NCBI RefSeq assembly: GCF_020745735.1
Contig: NC_083423.1
Span: forward strand, 33,356,001-33,420,000
DNA: 64,000 nt
DNA from: Hemiscyllium ocellatum
Lineage: Eukaryota
Direction: 5' to 3'
The number at the start of each line of letters is the position of its first letter. The stretch's first letter is position 1. The notes beneath the pieces are model-generated. The model saw nothing but the letters and a program-made list of their open reading frames with translations, had not been told where the DNA came from and did no database searches. Shown here one piece after another: positions 24,993 to 39,599 of the stretch. The position numbers and the translations under genes are program-made.

Positions 24993-25921
24993 GTCTGTTA
25001 TTCTGCTATTATAACAAATCCTGATGTAAGGATAACCCTTGTAAGTAGATTCAAGAAATGTAAAGTGACTGTAGATTATCTTTACAACTGCATATATGTG
25101 TTTAGATTTTCAGTACATCCCCAGGTGACCATAGCATATGAACATGTGGTAAGCTTCAATTCATTACATCAGTTACATGATTGGTGGACACTGAAGGATA
25201 TTGAATATCACAGTAATATAAAAATTAATTCTGCAGGAAATGATTTTTGATTAGGATAGGGTGACCATTCAGCATTTGTGGTGTCTTCCTTTTGGGAAAT
25301 GTATGACATTAGAAACCTTTGCAAAACCAGATGTAGATATGCCACAATGCAAGTTTGACTGTGGTAAGGTTAATATTACAGTTTTAATTCCTACAAATGT
25401 AGATTACGTTCTTTACATGCCTGTCACATTTATTTAGTCATACACCTGAACTTTGAATATTACATGATTCAGTCTGCCAAAGGTGAAATTGTACAATTCA
25501 GGTCTTACCTTCAAAACATTATGCAACCTTGACTCAGAACTATAAACTTAGGAATATTTAAGCATTGTGAAAGAAAGAAAGAAAGAAAGAATTTGGTGGA
25601 AATGTTACAATAGTATATGAATTAGAACTAAAATTAAGTGCTTATTTTAAAATAAAACTAGGAAAGGGAGGGAGAATGAGGAGGTAAATGAAGAAGGGAC
25701 AACAAATTGCATTTTTATTGAAATGCTTTTATTGTAGTTATATCAAGTTAATTTTGCAACAATATTACATAACTATAGTAATCTTGCTAATTCTATGGCA
25801 CAACAGTAAAAATTAGCTAGCACAGAACTTTTGAACTCCTTGCCAGTCAAAAAACTGTCATATATTGTCTAAGAATTGCTGTAACAAAAGTCTGTAATTA
25901 CCTCTTCAAAAAGTATTTCTA

Positions 25922-26845
25922 GCTAAGTTTGCAGATGATACAAAGATAGATAGATGAACATGTTGCATTCAGGAGGTGGAGACTCTGCAGATGGATTTGG
26001 ACAGTTTAGGAGAGTGGGCAAAGAACTGGCAGATGGAGTACAATATGGGAAAGTGTGAGGTCATGCATTTTGGTCGGAAGAATAGAGGCATGGACTATTT
26101 TCTAAATGGAGAGAAAAATTCGGAAGTCTGAGATGCAAAGAGACTTGGGAGTTCTAGTCCAGGATTCTCTCAAGGTAAACTTGCAGATTGAGTCAGTAGT
26201 TAGCAAGGCAGGTGCAATGGTGGCACTTACTTTGAGAGAACTCAAATATAAAAGCAGGGCTTTTATGGCTCTAAAAGGGTCTGGTCAGACCACATTTGGA
26301 GACTTGTGCGCAGTTTTGGGCCCCATATCTCAAGAAGGCTGTACTGGCCCTGGAACGTGTTCAGAGGAAGTTCATGAGAATGGTCCCAGGAATGAAAAGC
26401 TTAATATGTGAGGAATGTTTGAGGGTTCTGTGATTATACTCAATGGAGTTTAAAAGGATGGGGGTGGGATTCTAATTGAAACATACAGAATATTGAATGG
26501 CCTGAACAGAGGAGATGTTTCCATTGGTAGAAGATACTAGGACCCAAGGGCATAGCCTTAGAGTAAAGGAAATACCTTTTAGAATAAAGATAAGGAGAAA
26601 CTTCTTCAGCCAGAGAGTGGTAAATCTATGGAATTCATTGCCACAGTAGGTTGTGGAGGCCATGTCATTGGGTATATTTAGGACTGAGATAGATAAGATC
26701 TTGAGTATAAGGGGATCAAGGGTTGTGGGGAAAATTGGGGAGAATGGGGTTGATAAACTTGTTAGCCATGACTGAATGAATGGCAGAGCAGACTTAATGG
26801 GCTAAATGGCCTAATTTCTGCTCCTACTTTTTCGGGTCTATTTCC
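25922..26845 (+). mobile_element. 5'-truncated CR1 LINE
   Basis: KFADD, KCEVMHFG, QRDLGVLV motifs and 3' UTR. Confidence 0.88.
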
Positions 26846-28139
26846 ATGCTTGCTACTGACAAGAATTGGAGCATGGCAGACTCGGCAAAGTAAGTTCTAG
26901 ATGACTTGTATGTGCATACTCCATATCGTTTGATTTGTGCTGGAGGATGAGCAACAACATATACTATATCCTCAATTAAATCAATCAAGACACAAATACA
27001 ATGCAGATATAATAAAACTAATAATTTGCATTTATTGGAAAGCTGAATCACTGAATGGAGTTGCACAAATTTGGGTATCTAATACATCAGCATCTGCTAG
27101 AAACCTCAATGTTTATTGTAATGGCTGATCAGCTTCTAATTTTGCTCATGAGAGTGAAACACAGTAGAATCTGAAGAATTTAAAAGCAATAATTTTCTGG
27201 AATTGGCTATTATATCACTGGGAATTTGTCATTACATTTAGTTGCAGAAATTAATTTTAGCTTTAGTTTAATTTTGTATATGATATTTAGCAATGTTTTT
27301 GTTTAGTTAAAACCTTATATTTTATTTACATTTTCTTATTTATTGTTTAGCATTAGTGGTTGCTACTCTTTTGTTTGCATGCATACATGAGCTAGTATTC
27401 GAGCTAATTTCCTTTGGATTCCAAATATTTCATGGGGAGTTTACTGACAATTGATTTGTTGTTGTCTTATGACACCATCATTATGAGGCTGGCTAGAATC
27501 CAGAATAGTTAGATGTAATTTTCCTTCTTTTCTTTGGCTGAGAGAGTAAGAAATACATCAGGTGCTTGTTATGGTAAGTAATTTATAGTCTTAGTAAAAT
27601 ATCAACTGTATGAATTGCAGATTGAAAATTTGCAAGGCTCCAAGGAACATCTTCAGTTGAATGTATGTAAGAAGTCTTATTTGATCAATACTAATTGCAG
27701 TTACCATTTCATGATCTATGATGGTGTAATCATTAACTTTACTTTTTGAATAGTTGAAGTTTCATAATTCAAAATTCATTCAAACCATGCTGACAACTTT
27801 AGTTATGAATTTTACATGCAGTTATATTCATGATCTCTAAAACTACAGATGCCTGGACAGACACCGGCATTCATTTTTCAAATATTATTCCATAATTTAA
27901 CTGCAGCCACTCCACCACCACACAGAACTCAAAAATGAAACTAAGTCCTTCTTTTCTTAACACACATGATATAGGAACACAAATCAAAGCATATCTGATT
28001 CTGTCAGGGTTAGAATCTAAGTTTCCAAAAGAAAAGTCATCAAGCTTCACAATGCTTAATAAGAGTTATGAAATCACTTTCAGATGAATATGTTAGACGA
28101 TTTTCTTAGTTTCACTGTCAACTACATTGTTTCTTCTAG

Positions 28140-28215
28140 ATGTTTCAGTGCACATTGATGTTGCTTCTGCACAAACTGGTGTTACCCGATTCCTTGAACT
28201 CAATCCAAATTGGTG
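28140..28215 (+). CDS. ALG12: ALG12 coding exon 8 (76 nt)
   Basis: ctag|(D)[24 protein letters not shown]|gtaagt. Confidence 0.95.
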
Positions 28216-29799
28216 GTAAGTTAGTCCCTAATGAATATTCAATGTTTTTCATATTAACTGTAAATTCTACTGAAAAGAGGCTTTTTCTTGCTTCAAAGAA
28301 TCTCATTCGAGCTAAATTTATTGTCCCCTCCATTCTTTAGTTGTTTGGTTCCTCTGCATTTCATTCCATTTCTTTCTGAATTCTGTTTTGTCAGTTTTCT
28401 TTATCTTTAATGAAGTATTATTAACAATTATCAATGACTGTAAAAATATCTAACACTGATTCTTATACCATAATCAGTAAACATTTGAGTACTGCAAATA
28501 AAACCATACTTTTCAATAGGAAATTTAAGTTTCAAATTGTGCATGGCAGCTGGCATCAGTTTCCGTAATTTTGTGTTCTGCTAGAAATGCTTTAATCAGA
28601 GAGCTTATATAGGAATAAGAGTGGGAGTTTCAGACCCTCAAACCTGTTTCACAATTTAGTTCAATCACAGCTGATTTAAATCTTTCTTTCAAATGAATTC
28701 CATAATTAGATTTTTTTTTCTTTAATTCCTATGATATTAAAAAAATCAGTCTCTTTTGAGATTTTCATGAATGTTGCCACAGCTTTTTAGGACATAGTTA
28801 TAGATTTCCACAACTGTATAAAGAAGTTACATTCCTATTACCACTCTGGTCAAGCTAGAGTTGCAAGGATATCTCCCCTTGTCTGGACGTACCCAACAAA
28901 AAATTTGTATACTCTCAACAAGTATTACTTGTTAACTATGCACATGTGAATGTACACATATCAAGTGAAGGAAGGCTAGCATCTGTTTGTGATGCTTTCC
29001 ACACTCCTTTAGCTAGGCCTGTATGTGCATACACAACATGTGCCTAGTCAAGTCAACAACTAAACATACTCGAACATTAACAATTTCTTATGTAAGTGGT
29101 AATCTTTGAAATTGCCAAAGAAACTTAGAGAATCCTAAGAGGGGGAAAAAGAATGACACTGACAAGAAAAGTGACTGTGAAGTGGGAAATTAAAAGCATA
29201 ATCATTCCTACAAATACTGGAAATTGTTTTGACATTTATCGCTAAATATAGAGATTCAATGATCATGGGGAATTTATTTAAAATCTAGTGATAGAGAAGC
29301 CGTTAGCTCTCTGTTGATAATTGCTCATAAAAACACTATTAAGTTAGTTTGGGATTAAGATCAGATCAAAAGGAAGAGAATAAACTGAAATACTTTAGTT
29401 AAGAGAGAGAGAGAGATGTTTGTCATTGAGACTACACTAAGATACAGTAAGTTATGTCAATGAAAGTATGGGTTACAAAGATATGTGCCAATGGAGATTG
29501 GTGTGGAGAAGTCTGAGGTCAACCACCTGAACTTAAGCAAAATAAATGGAAATATTTATTAATGTAGAGAAGTCTATGATTTGTAGAGGAGTAAAGGGAT
29601 TTATATGGGTTCTCATTTGCATAGCTCAAGAAAAGCATTCTATTTTGGTACAAAAAGTAACCAAAATAGAATGTTAGCTATTTATATCAAAGGGATTGGA
29701 ATGCAGGAGGGGAGTTATGCTTAAGTGGTACAGAAAACACTTTTTTAGAGAACAAAAACAGTGCTACTTTCTGAGTCTGTAGATTGCAAAGGAGCAAAG

Positions 29800-32700
29800 A
29801 TAGTCTTTAACAGAGTGATATGCTCTTCCTGTGTGGGAGTTTATCAGGAGTTTCCATGTTACTGATGATTATGTCTGCAGGAAGTGTCTTTGGTTGTTAA
29901 TCCTACCAGATCACGTGGAGTGGCAATTAGAGGCAATTTACAGGAACTAGGGGGTGTGATGGATGGCAGTTATCAGAAGGGAGAAAAGCCGCAGATACAG
30001 TCAGGTAGATAGGTTAACTTCACGAAAGATAGGAGGGGTAGGCAGGTAGTGCAGGAGTCTTCTGTGGCTATCCACATTTAAGTAATCTCTTTTGGAAAAT
30101 ATAGGAGGTGATAGACTCTCCAGGAATGTGGCACAAACAGCCAAGTTTCTGGTATCGAAACTAGCTTTAATATAATGAGGGGTACGTCGGATTGCAAGCA
30201 ATCGATTGTGATAGGGGACTCTCTACTCAGAGGCACAGAGACGTTTGTGCAGCCAGCAGCAAAAAATCAGAATGGTGTGTTGCCTCCCTGCTGCCAGGTT
30301 CAAGGATATCTCAAAGGGTGCAGAATGTTCTCAAAGGAGAGGGGGACCAGCAGGAGGTAATTGTACACATTGGAGCTAACGACATAGGAAGGGAAAAGAT
30401 TGAGATTCTTAAGGGAAAATATAGCAAGTTAGGCAGGAATTTAAAAAGGAGGTCCTTAAGGATCGTAATATCTGGATTACCCCTAGTAATTGGGCCCAGG
30501 AACATAGTGAGGAAAGAGATCTATCTGAGACAGGTACAGTTGGGAAAGGAAGCGAGTCAAACAGAAGGGGCAGGCAGGAACAAGCAGAGAACAAAATAGG
30601 ACTAATAAATTAAACTGCTTTGATTTCAATGCAAGATGCCTAACAGGGGTGGCAGATGAACCCAGGGCATGGTTAGGAATATGGGACGGCAATATCATGG
30701 CAATTACAGAAATGTGACTCGGGGATGGATAGGACTGATAGCTTGATTTTCCAGAATACAAATGCTATAGGAAGGGCGGTGGGGGTGTGCAATAGAGGAG
30801 GGAGAATGGCGTTTTTGATAAGGGATAGCATTTCTGCTTAGGCAGAATATTCCTGGGAATACATCCAGGGAAGTTATTTGGGTGGAACTGAGAAATAAGA
30901 AAGGGATGATCACGTTATTAGGATTGTATTATAGACTCCCTAATAGTTAGCGGGAAATTGAGAAACAAATTTGTACGGAGATTTCAGATTTCAGGAGATT
31001 CAGAATAATAGGGTGGTTATGGTAAGGGGTTTTAACTTTCCAAATATAGACTGGGACTGCCATAGTATTAAGAGTTTAGATGGAGAGGAATTTGTGAAGT
31101 GTGTACAAGAAAATTTTCTGGTTCAGTATGTGGATGTATCTACTAGAGAACGTGCAAAACTTGACCTAATCTTGGAAAATAAGGCAGGGCAGGTGACTGA
31201 GGAATCAGTGGGGGAGCACTTTCGGGCCAGCGACCATAATTCTCTTAATTTTAAAACAGTTATGGAAAGGGATAGACCAGATCTAACAGCTGAAGTTCTA
31301 AATTGGAGAAAAGCTAATTTTGACTGAATTAGGCAAGAACTTTCAAAAGCTGATTGGGGGCAGATGTTCGCAGGTAAAGGAACGGCTGGAAAATGGGAAA
31401 TCTTCAGAAATGAGATAACTAGAGTCCAGAGACAGTATATTCCTATTAGAGTGAAAGGAAAGGCTGGTAGGTATAGGGAATGCTGGATGACTAGAAAATT
31501 TAAGATTTTGTTTAAGAAAAAGAAGGAAGCACATGTCAGGTACAGACAGCAGAGATCTAGTAAATCCTTAGAGTATAAAGTATATACTTAAGAGGGAAAA
31601 CAGGAGGGCAAAAAGGGGACATGAGATACTTTTGCCACATAGGGTTAAAGAGAATCCAAAGGGTTTTTATAAATACATTAAGAACAAAAGGGTAAATAGG
31701 GAGAGAATATAGCCCCTCGAAGATCAACAAGACAGTCTATGTGTGGAGTGGCAGAAGATGGGAGAGATACCAAATGAGTATTTTGCATCAGTATTTACAG
31801 TGGAGAAGGACATGGAAGATATGGAATGTGGGGAAATAGATGGTGACATCTTGAAAAATGTCCATATTACAGAGGAGGTGGTGCTGGTTGCCTTGAAATA
31901 CATAAAATTGAATAAATTCCCAGGACCTGATGAAGTGTACCCTAAGCCCCTGTGGGAAGCTAGGGAAGTAATTGCTGTGCCCCATGCTGAGATATTTCTA
32001 TCATTGATAGGCACAGGTGAGGTGCCGGAACACTGGAGTTTGGCTAACATCGTGCCACTACTTAAGAAAGGTGGTAAGGAAAAACCAGAGAACTATAGAC
32101 CTATCAGCCTGATGTAGGTGGTGGGCAAGTTGTTGGAGGGAATCCTTAGTACAGGATGTACATGTATTTGGAAGGCAAGGACTGATTAGGGATAGTCAGT
32201 ATGGCTTTGTGTGTGAGAAATCATGTCTCACGAACATGAGTGAGTTTTTTTTTAAGAAGTAACAAAGTGGATTGATGAGGGCAGAGCGGTAGACATGATT
32301 TATTTGGACTTCAGTAAGGTATTCAACAAGACTGGTTAGCAAGGTTAGATCTCATGGAATGCATGGAAATCTAGCCATTTGGACAGAAAGCTGGCTTGAA
32401 GATAGAAGACAGAGGGTGGTGTGGAGGGTTGCTTTTCAGACTGGAGGCCTGTGACCAGTGGAGTGCCATAAGGATCGGTGCTGGGTCCACTACTTTTTGT
32501 CATTTATATAAAAGACTTGGATGTGAACTTAGGAGGTATAGTTAGCAAGTTTGCAGATGACACCAAAATTGAACAGTGAAGCAGGTTACCTCAGAGTACA
32601 ATGGGACCCTGATCAGATGGGCCAACAGGCTGAGGAGTGGCAGATGGAGTTTACGTTTTCAGAAATGCGAGGTGCTGCATTTTGTAAAAGCAAATCAGAG

Positions 32701-33339
32701 CAGGACTTACACACTTAATGGTAAGGTCCTGGGGAATGTCGCTGAACAAAGAGACCTTGGAGTGCAGGTTCATTGTTTCTTGAAAGTAGAGTCACAGGTA
32801 GATATGATACTGAAGGCAGCATTTGTAAGGTCAGAGCATTGAGTATAGGAGTTGGGAGGTCATTTCATGACTGTACAGGACAATGGTTTGGCCACTTTTT
32901 TGGAATATTGCTTGCAATTCTTGTCTCTTTCCTATCTGAAGGATGACATGAAACTTGAAAGGGTTCAGAAAAGATTTACAAGGATGTTGGCAGGGTTGGA
33001 GGACTTGAGCTGTAGAGAGATACTGAATAGCGGCGTGGTTTGCCCTGGAGTGTCGGATGCTGAGAGGTGACGTTATAGAAGTTTATAAAATCATGAGGGG
33101 CATGAATAGTATGAATAGTCAAGGTCTTTTCCTTGGGGTGGGGCAGTCCAGAACTAGAGGACATAGGGTTAGAGTGAGAGGGGAAAGATATAAAAGGGAC
33201 CAAAGGGCAACTTTTTCACACAGAGGGTGATGTGTGCCAAATGCTGGCAAATGGGACTAGATTAGAATAGGATATCTGGTTGGCATGGACAAGTTGGACC
33301 AAAGGGTTTGTTTCTATGCTGTTCATCTCTATTACTCTA
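29800..33339 (+). mobile_element. near-full-length decayed CR1/HER1 LINE (ORF1 zinc finger and esterase; ORF2 AP endonuclease and RT)
   Basis: CxxC...CRKC, IVIGDSLLRG, IVHIGANDIG, FNFPNIDW, SDHNS, PGPDEVYP, NYRPISL, KFADD; many stops and frameshifts. Confidence 0.95.
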
Positions 33340-33847
33340 AACTTGGTTAGAATATTATTAGGTATCACTTTTCAGGCAAGAGTTATGTGCTTGGATGGAG
33401 TACAGCACCAAATTACCAGAATGATACTAGATATGAAAGAATTAAATTATGAAGAGAGGCTGTAAGAAAACTTGGTTTTTATTATTTCCTATTCCTAGAT
33501 TATATCTCCCCGAGATTCTAAATTTGAAGAAATAGAAGAAAGGGTACAAAGGAATAATTTTCAGCTGCAGGATGAATAAAAACAAACTGACATCCTTAAA
33601 ATTAGAGCTAAGTAATTGCATGAAGTGGGAAATTGCATTTCTTTCACACACAATAAAGGAAAAGGTTAAATAATTCTTCCTTTTTTTAATAACATAATAG
33701 AAGCAGAATTCAAAACTTTACAAGGGTAATAGATTAATTTTGAAAGGAAATATGTGAATAAAGGGACTGTGATCTGGCATAAGTGAAGGAGGTAAAGTAG
33801 GCTCCATTTCTGCTTGAACATTCTATGAGCAACTTTTCACCTTTTGG

Positions 33848-34925
33848 AAGTCATGGAGATGTACAGCACAGAAACAGACCCTTTGGTCCAACTCATCAAT
33901 GCCAACCAGGTATCCTAACCTAATCTAGTCCTATTTACTCATATCCCTGTAAACCCTTCCTTTTCATATACCCATCCAGATGCCTTTTACCACCCTCTGC
34001 ATGAAAACTTTGCTCCTTAGATCTCTTTTATATCTTTCCCATCTCACCCTCAACCTATGCCCCCTAGTTCTGGACTGCCCCACCCCAGGGAAAATACTTT
34101 GTCTGTTTATCCTATCTATTCCCCTCATGATTTTATAAACTATCCAAAGGGCTAGTTCTCCTTGTATTCCATGAGATCTAATCTTGCTAACCAGTCTGTC
34201 ATGGGGAACCTTGTCAAATACCTTACTGAAGCCATATAGATCATGTCCACCACTCTGCCCTCTTCAAAAAGCTCAATCGAGTTTGTGAGGCATGATTTCC
34301 CATGCACAAAGCAATGCTGATTATCTCCAATCAGTCCTTGCTTTTCCAAAAATGTATAAATCCTGTCTCTCAGGATTCCTTGCAACAACTTGTCCACCAC
34401 TAATATCAGACTCACCGGACTATAGTTCCTTGACTTTTCCTTACCACCTTCCTTAAATAGTGGCACCACATTAGCCAACCTCCAGTTTTCAGCACCTCCC
34501 CTGTGACTATTGTTGATACAAATATCTCAGCAAGGGGCCTAGCAATCATTTCCCAAGCTTTCCACATAGGTGGAAAGACATGGTGGCTCAGTGGTTAGCA
34601 ATTCTGCCTCACAGCACCAGGGTCCCAGGTTCGATTCCAGCCTCGAGTAACTGTGTGGAGTTTGCACATTCTCCCCGTGTCTACGTGGGTTTCCTCCGGG
34701 TGCTCCGGTTTCCTCCTACAATCCAAAGATGTGTAGATCAGGTAAATTGGCCATGCTAAATTGCCCACTAGTGGTTAGTGTTAGGAGGGAAATGGTTCTG
34801 GGTGGGATACTGTTCGGAGGGCTGGTGTGGACTGGTTGGGGCGAAGGACCTGTGTCCACACTGTAAGGAATCTAATCTAATCTATTAGGGTACACATGAT
34901 CAGGTCCTGGGGATTTATCCACTTG
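33848..34925 (-). mobile_element. internally deleted CR1/HER1 LINE with nested SINE
   Basis: 3' tail at 33850, ORF2 piece ANVVPLFKEGGKEKSRNYSPVSL. Confidence 0.88.
34570..34884 (+). mobile_element. HE1-type SINE nested in CR1
   Basis: GGTGGCTCAGTGG A box, GGTTCGATTCC B box, (AATCT)3 tail. Confidence 0.92.
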
Positions 34926-35350
34926 TATCCGTTTCCAATAAACTGTTAGTTGTAGAATGGCCACCTGATGTTCATTCCATCCAATTTTGAAGATAATAGA
35001 AAGGGAAAATTGAGTGACTGTACATCTGGATGATCCATAACTATCTATTTACCACACACATTCTGAATCACAAAACTCTAGTGTAAGTTGTAAACGGTAT
35101 GATATTTACAAATCAAAGTACCTCTGATTAACAAAATTTGTGATATTTGAGCTTATGTAAGAATACTGTGACAGCCACTTTTATAAATAGGGTATAACTG
35201 ACTTTGTAAGGCAGAGAAAAGTTGTCTACAAATGAAAAATTGTAAATTTGTGTTTTTCAGCATTAAGGAAATTCAAGAAATGTGGCTCAAATGTGTTTTA
35301 GTATGAAAAGATTTATCACTTTCATTTTTCCCCCCCCTTTTGATATACAG

Positions 35351-35600
35351 GTATGATAAGAGGGAAGATCTTAAGCCAGGAAATGTTGGAAGTTTTGCAC
35401 ATACTCATTACATAATGGAAATGAACCCAATATATATATCACAGTACAGAAACACTCACAGGATAATGTTTAATATTTCTGGTTTTAGTGGGATTGGATT
35501 TAACTTATCTCAACTACCTCTACTTTATGTTAAAACTGAGACAAAATTAGTTATATTAGAAAAAATATACACATATCACGAGAGTATGAGAAAAGGATGA
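35351..35600 (+). CDS. ALG12: ALG12 last coding exon
   Basis: acag|..YDKREDLKPG...YHESMRKG*; the summed CDS is 1491 nt, an open 496-aa frame. Confidence 0.93.
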
Positions 35601-35726
35601 AAATTACCCAGCCTTTCTAACATTCTTTATTAAGATTTACAGACAATGTGCTGCTGGTTTTCATTTATTCAAGAATCTGTCTGCTTTGAGTGTTTTGAAT
35701 TTGCTGTGCTGAGTGGATGCTTATGA

Positions 35727-35732
35727 AATAAA
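35727..35732 (+). terminator. candidate polyadenylation signal of ALG12
   Basis: first AATAAA after the stop codon. Confidence 0.5.
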
Positions 35733-35766
35733 ACAAAATTGACAAGAGTTTGCTGTTTAACTTATG

Positions 35767-35822
35767 TCAAGTTAGAAAACATGTCATCTAATTTGTTCAA
35801 GTTAGAAAACATGTCATCTAAT
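35767..35822. repeat. 30-bp-period tandem duplication
   Basis: tcaagttagaaaacatgtcatctaat occurs at 35767 and 35797. Confidence 0.9.
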
Positions 35823-36074
35823 ATACTTCTGTTTTTACTTAATTTCTAGTGTCTAGTTTCCCCTCTTTATTTTAAGATCCGCCTCATATCTTCCTTAGTT
35901 TTACATTTAAACAATGTGATAAGAAACCTGCTTCTATGTTTACCAGTCCATATTTTTCCATCTATTGAATGGGTAGAAATTAGAAGCTGATAGGTAAAGG
36001 AATGGAATTTTAATTTGTCTAAATGTCAGCATTTACTACACAGCATAACTTCATGATAGTTACTCATTGGCTGT

Positions 36075-36632
36075 GATTAGGCGATTTTTGGAATATTGTG
36101 TGCAATTCTGGTCTGCCTTCGATAGGAACAACGTTGTGAAACTTGAAAAGGTTCATAAAAGATTTACAAGGATATTACCAGGATTTGAGCTATAGGGAGA
36201 AGCTGAATAGGCTTGGACTGTTTTCCCTGGATTGTCAGAGGCAGAGGGGTGACCTTTATAGAGGTTTAATTAAGTCATTAGGGGCATGGATAGGGTAAAT
36301 GGACAAGATCTTTTCCCTGGGTTCAGGGAGTCCAGAATTGGAGGGCATAGGATTAGGCTGAGAGCAGAGAGATTTAAAAGGGACCTAAAGGTCAACTTCT
36401 CCATTGCAAAGGATGGTACTGAATGGAATGAGCTGCCAGAGGAAGTGAGAGAAGCTGGTACAATTACAACATTTAAAAGGCATCTGGATGGGTACATCAA
36501 GGAAGGGTTTAGAAGGATATGGGCCAAGTGCTGGCAAATGCGACTAGATTAATTTAGGGTATCTGGTTGGCATAGACAAGTTGGATCAAAAGGTCTGCTT
36601 CTGTGATGTATGTCTCTATGATGCTATGACTA
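36075..36632 (+). mobile_element. CR1/HER1 LINE 3' fragment
   Basis: WNELPEEVREAGTITTFKRHLDGY and 3' tail. Confidence 0.88.
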
Positions 36633-39059
36633 AATAGTTTTGCATATAATAGTATGATTTGTTTACAATCAAGTGAAGGGTGTTGGATCATTTAACACAA
36701 TAAAAATGTTCAGTATAGCTATCCGAAGTAATAGAAATTTTTTTAAGTAGTTTGAGTCCTTTAGAACTAAATAAATTGGACCAACTTGATCCTTTCATCT
36801 ATTCTCAAAGGTTGTTAAATCTTAGACTGAAACCAGAAGATAGTGAAGCATAGATTCAGGTTGCAAAATCTGGTCTCAGTTTCTGACAGCTTATTCCTAT
36901 TTGAAGTGAAAAAATCCATATTCATTGTATTCTTCTGTCTTTGAATTTTGAAAGACTGGAGTTTGAAAAAGCCTTATTTCGGTCCTGGGTGAATTCTAAA
37001 TCAAAATATTGTTATCCTTAGTAACTTGATATATGGGAACATATGCAACTCTAAAGCCACCATCAAATGCATCAAAGACATGCATGAATAAATGTAATTT
37101 TTTTTTCTTTAAAGACAACTTGGCTTATTAGAATGTACAGTTCATAATTCTGATCTTGATGACCATTAATTTATGGCTCTATTCATGTCCATGCTACTAT
37201 CTACTGCAGTTAACTTTACAATATTCTTAGTATTATAAAGGTTTAGTACTTATTATTTGTCTAACTCTGAGACAGGATGATTTCTTTCACAGGAACAAAA
37301 GCATGTTACTTTGACAATCTACATGTGTAATCATTTTTGTCTCTGAACCACTGAAATTGAAATCAGTCACTGTTGATTCATTATATCTCAAAACCATGGA
37401 AAATAGTATTGAGGATCCAATTTTTAAAAGGCTTTTCTACTGATTTTTTTTTATTGTTGTGAATCAGACTTGGTCTATTTTCAAGAAAACTAAATCTCCT
37501 GGAGAGAACAGGTTATAATCCACTGTGCATTTGTCATTGCATCCATGAAAATTCATATTTTTTCTTTCATAAATATACTTTGTGGAATTGATTTATAATG
37601 CTATTTATTTTAAATAGGCTTTCAATTGAATTTCCTTTTGAAAGATTGTTATTTACATTTGGATTGTATCTAGTGTAACAAGATTATTAAAATTGACTTA
37701 TTTGTTCAATTGTAGCAATTAACTCATCGATCCTAATTGATGAATTCCATAACTCATTAGTTCTGTAACTTCCTCTGAAGCTGCTTTAATACCCTTACCT
37801 CTGATTGAGCAGAGCGGGGAGGTAAGATCATTCAGTTCATCATTCTTAAGTGATCACAATATCATCAACTCCCCTATGCTAATACAAAACAAATATTTGA
37901 ATAAGTTATCAAATGCTTAGTGAAAAATGTGAGATTAGACAGTTTGATAGTTGAGGAAGCAGATACTGAGTGTGAATTCTAAGAAGCTTCAGGCAGGTCC
38001 AATAATGGTGGGGTGAGTACCTAAGTGGTCAGAGTTGAGGGGGGAAAGGTTAGGGAGGGAGGAAGACATGATGAGATACAAATAAGTGGATAAGAATTCT
38101 ATATCTATTGGGGTGTTGGAAGACAATGCAGGCTAATAAGGGTAAATACATTAGTAAATTTGGATAACCTGAAGTTCACAAAGGGTATGGCATCAGTCAA
38201 CTGATGAATCATCAGGCGATTGTGGGAACCAGTAATTCAGTCCAAAAGACAAAGCTAAAGCATGAATCACTTTACTGTTGCAAGATCAAAATCCTTGAAC
38301 TCCCTTCCTAGCAGCAATGGATGGACCTGCACAATATAGGCTGCGGTAGTTAAAGAAAGTGGCATGCCACCATATTCAAAGACAAGTGATAAACAGGACT
38401 GAAGGATTTCAGAAAGAAATTAGAGGGAGAGACTTTAGGGCGAGGAAGATGGGGATAGAAGAAAGATTTGATTTTGTGGAAGAGGAAGTAGGAGAACCAA
38501 CTGAATAGACAGTCTCAAACTTCTTGATCTAGAATTCACTGATCATTTTCGCTCTTCAAGATGAAGGAAGAATGGTTAAGTTTGGCACTGGAGGGTTCCG
38601 GAGCAGTGAATGATTGTTACAAAGCAGACTGAGGCCTGATACCATTAATGTAATGCCAATAAGAACTGGTATTGCGTAGCTATGTGCCAGATACTCTTGA
38701 TTCTGAAGTACTTCGATTTTAGGGAATGAAATGGGGCCAAATTAGGGGGTACCACCAAAATGCAACATTTTTTGTTTGAGACAAAGGTCAGGGCGAATGA
38801 GTAAGCAAATCAACTGGACAGATATTATTGGTGATGAAAGGTCAAGTCATGGGTCGATTTAAGTGAAATGTAAGTGATTTGAAAGTTTTAACATATGGTT
38901 AACTTAAGATGTTACAACAGCTTATTTCCAGGAAGGAACGAAGAGGGTTGAGAAAAGTTGTGTTTTATTTGGTAGATATGAACATTATTATGTTACATTT
39001 TTATTAGTGAGAAGTAAAATTGAAGCACAGATTAAAGGAATAATGCTTTTTTTGGAATT

Positions 39060-39274
39060 CAGGTCATTCTGCTATAACATGTGTTTCATCACCGTGAATT
39101 GTCTATAACGCGATTGATGAATTGTGGACATTGTTTGGATAATGTGAACTTTTTAGTGAACGGGTATAACAATTTTCTATTAGCAGTCTTTTACAGCGAT
39201 TTTCCATAGCGTGATTTTTCTATAGCCCGAGGTTGCAGAGAAACACAACTGTCACCCGATAGCAGAATGACTTG
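39060..39274. mobile_element. Tigger/pogo-like MITE
   Basis: TIRs CAGGTCATTCTGCTAT / ATAGCAGAATGACTTG (15 of 16 match); TA follows the right end. Confidence 0.8.
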
Positions 39275-39599
39275 TACAAAATTAACAAAGAATTAACATT
39301 TTCTTCCAGGGAAGAATACAGCATTTCTTTTTATTTGTTCAAGGTACTGTATATGTAGAACATGTTAATACTCTTCTAAAATATGCCATGCAGAAGGTGG
39401 TACCTTGCCTTTTCAAATTGCTACAGTTCAGGTTGTTGGGACACCCATGGTGTTACTAGAGAGACACCAGCAATCAAAGTACTACTCTTTCTCATTTATG
39501 ATCTCGCCTTGGCCGCGCATAACAAGTAGAGAATGGGCTAAACCAACTCCTTAATTTAGATATCTGCTACCTTGGGAAAGGAGACTAATTGCTTTCTCT

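Noticed and set aside
34575-34650. tRNA-like A/B boxes (also ~13450-13520, 15536-15600, 16110-16178)
   Set aside because: They continue into SINE body and tail, so they are SINE heads rather than tRNA genes
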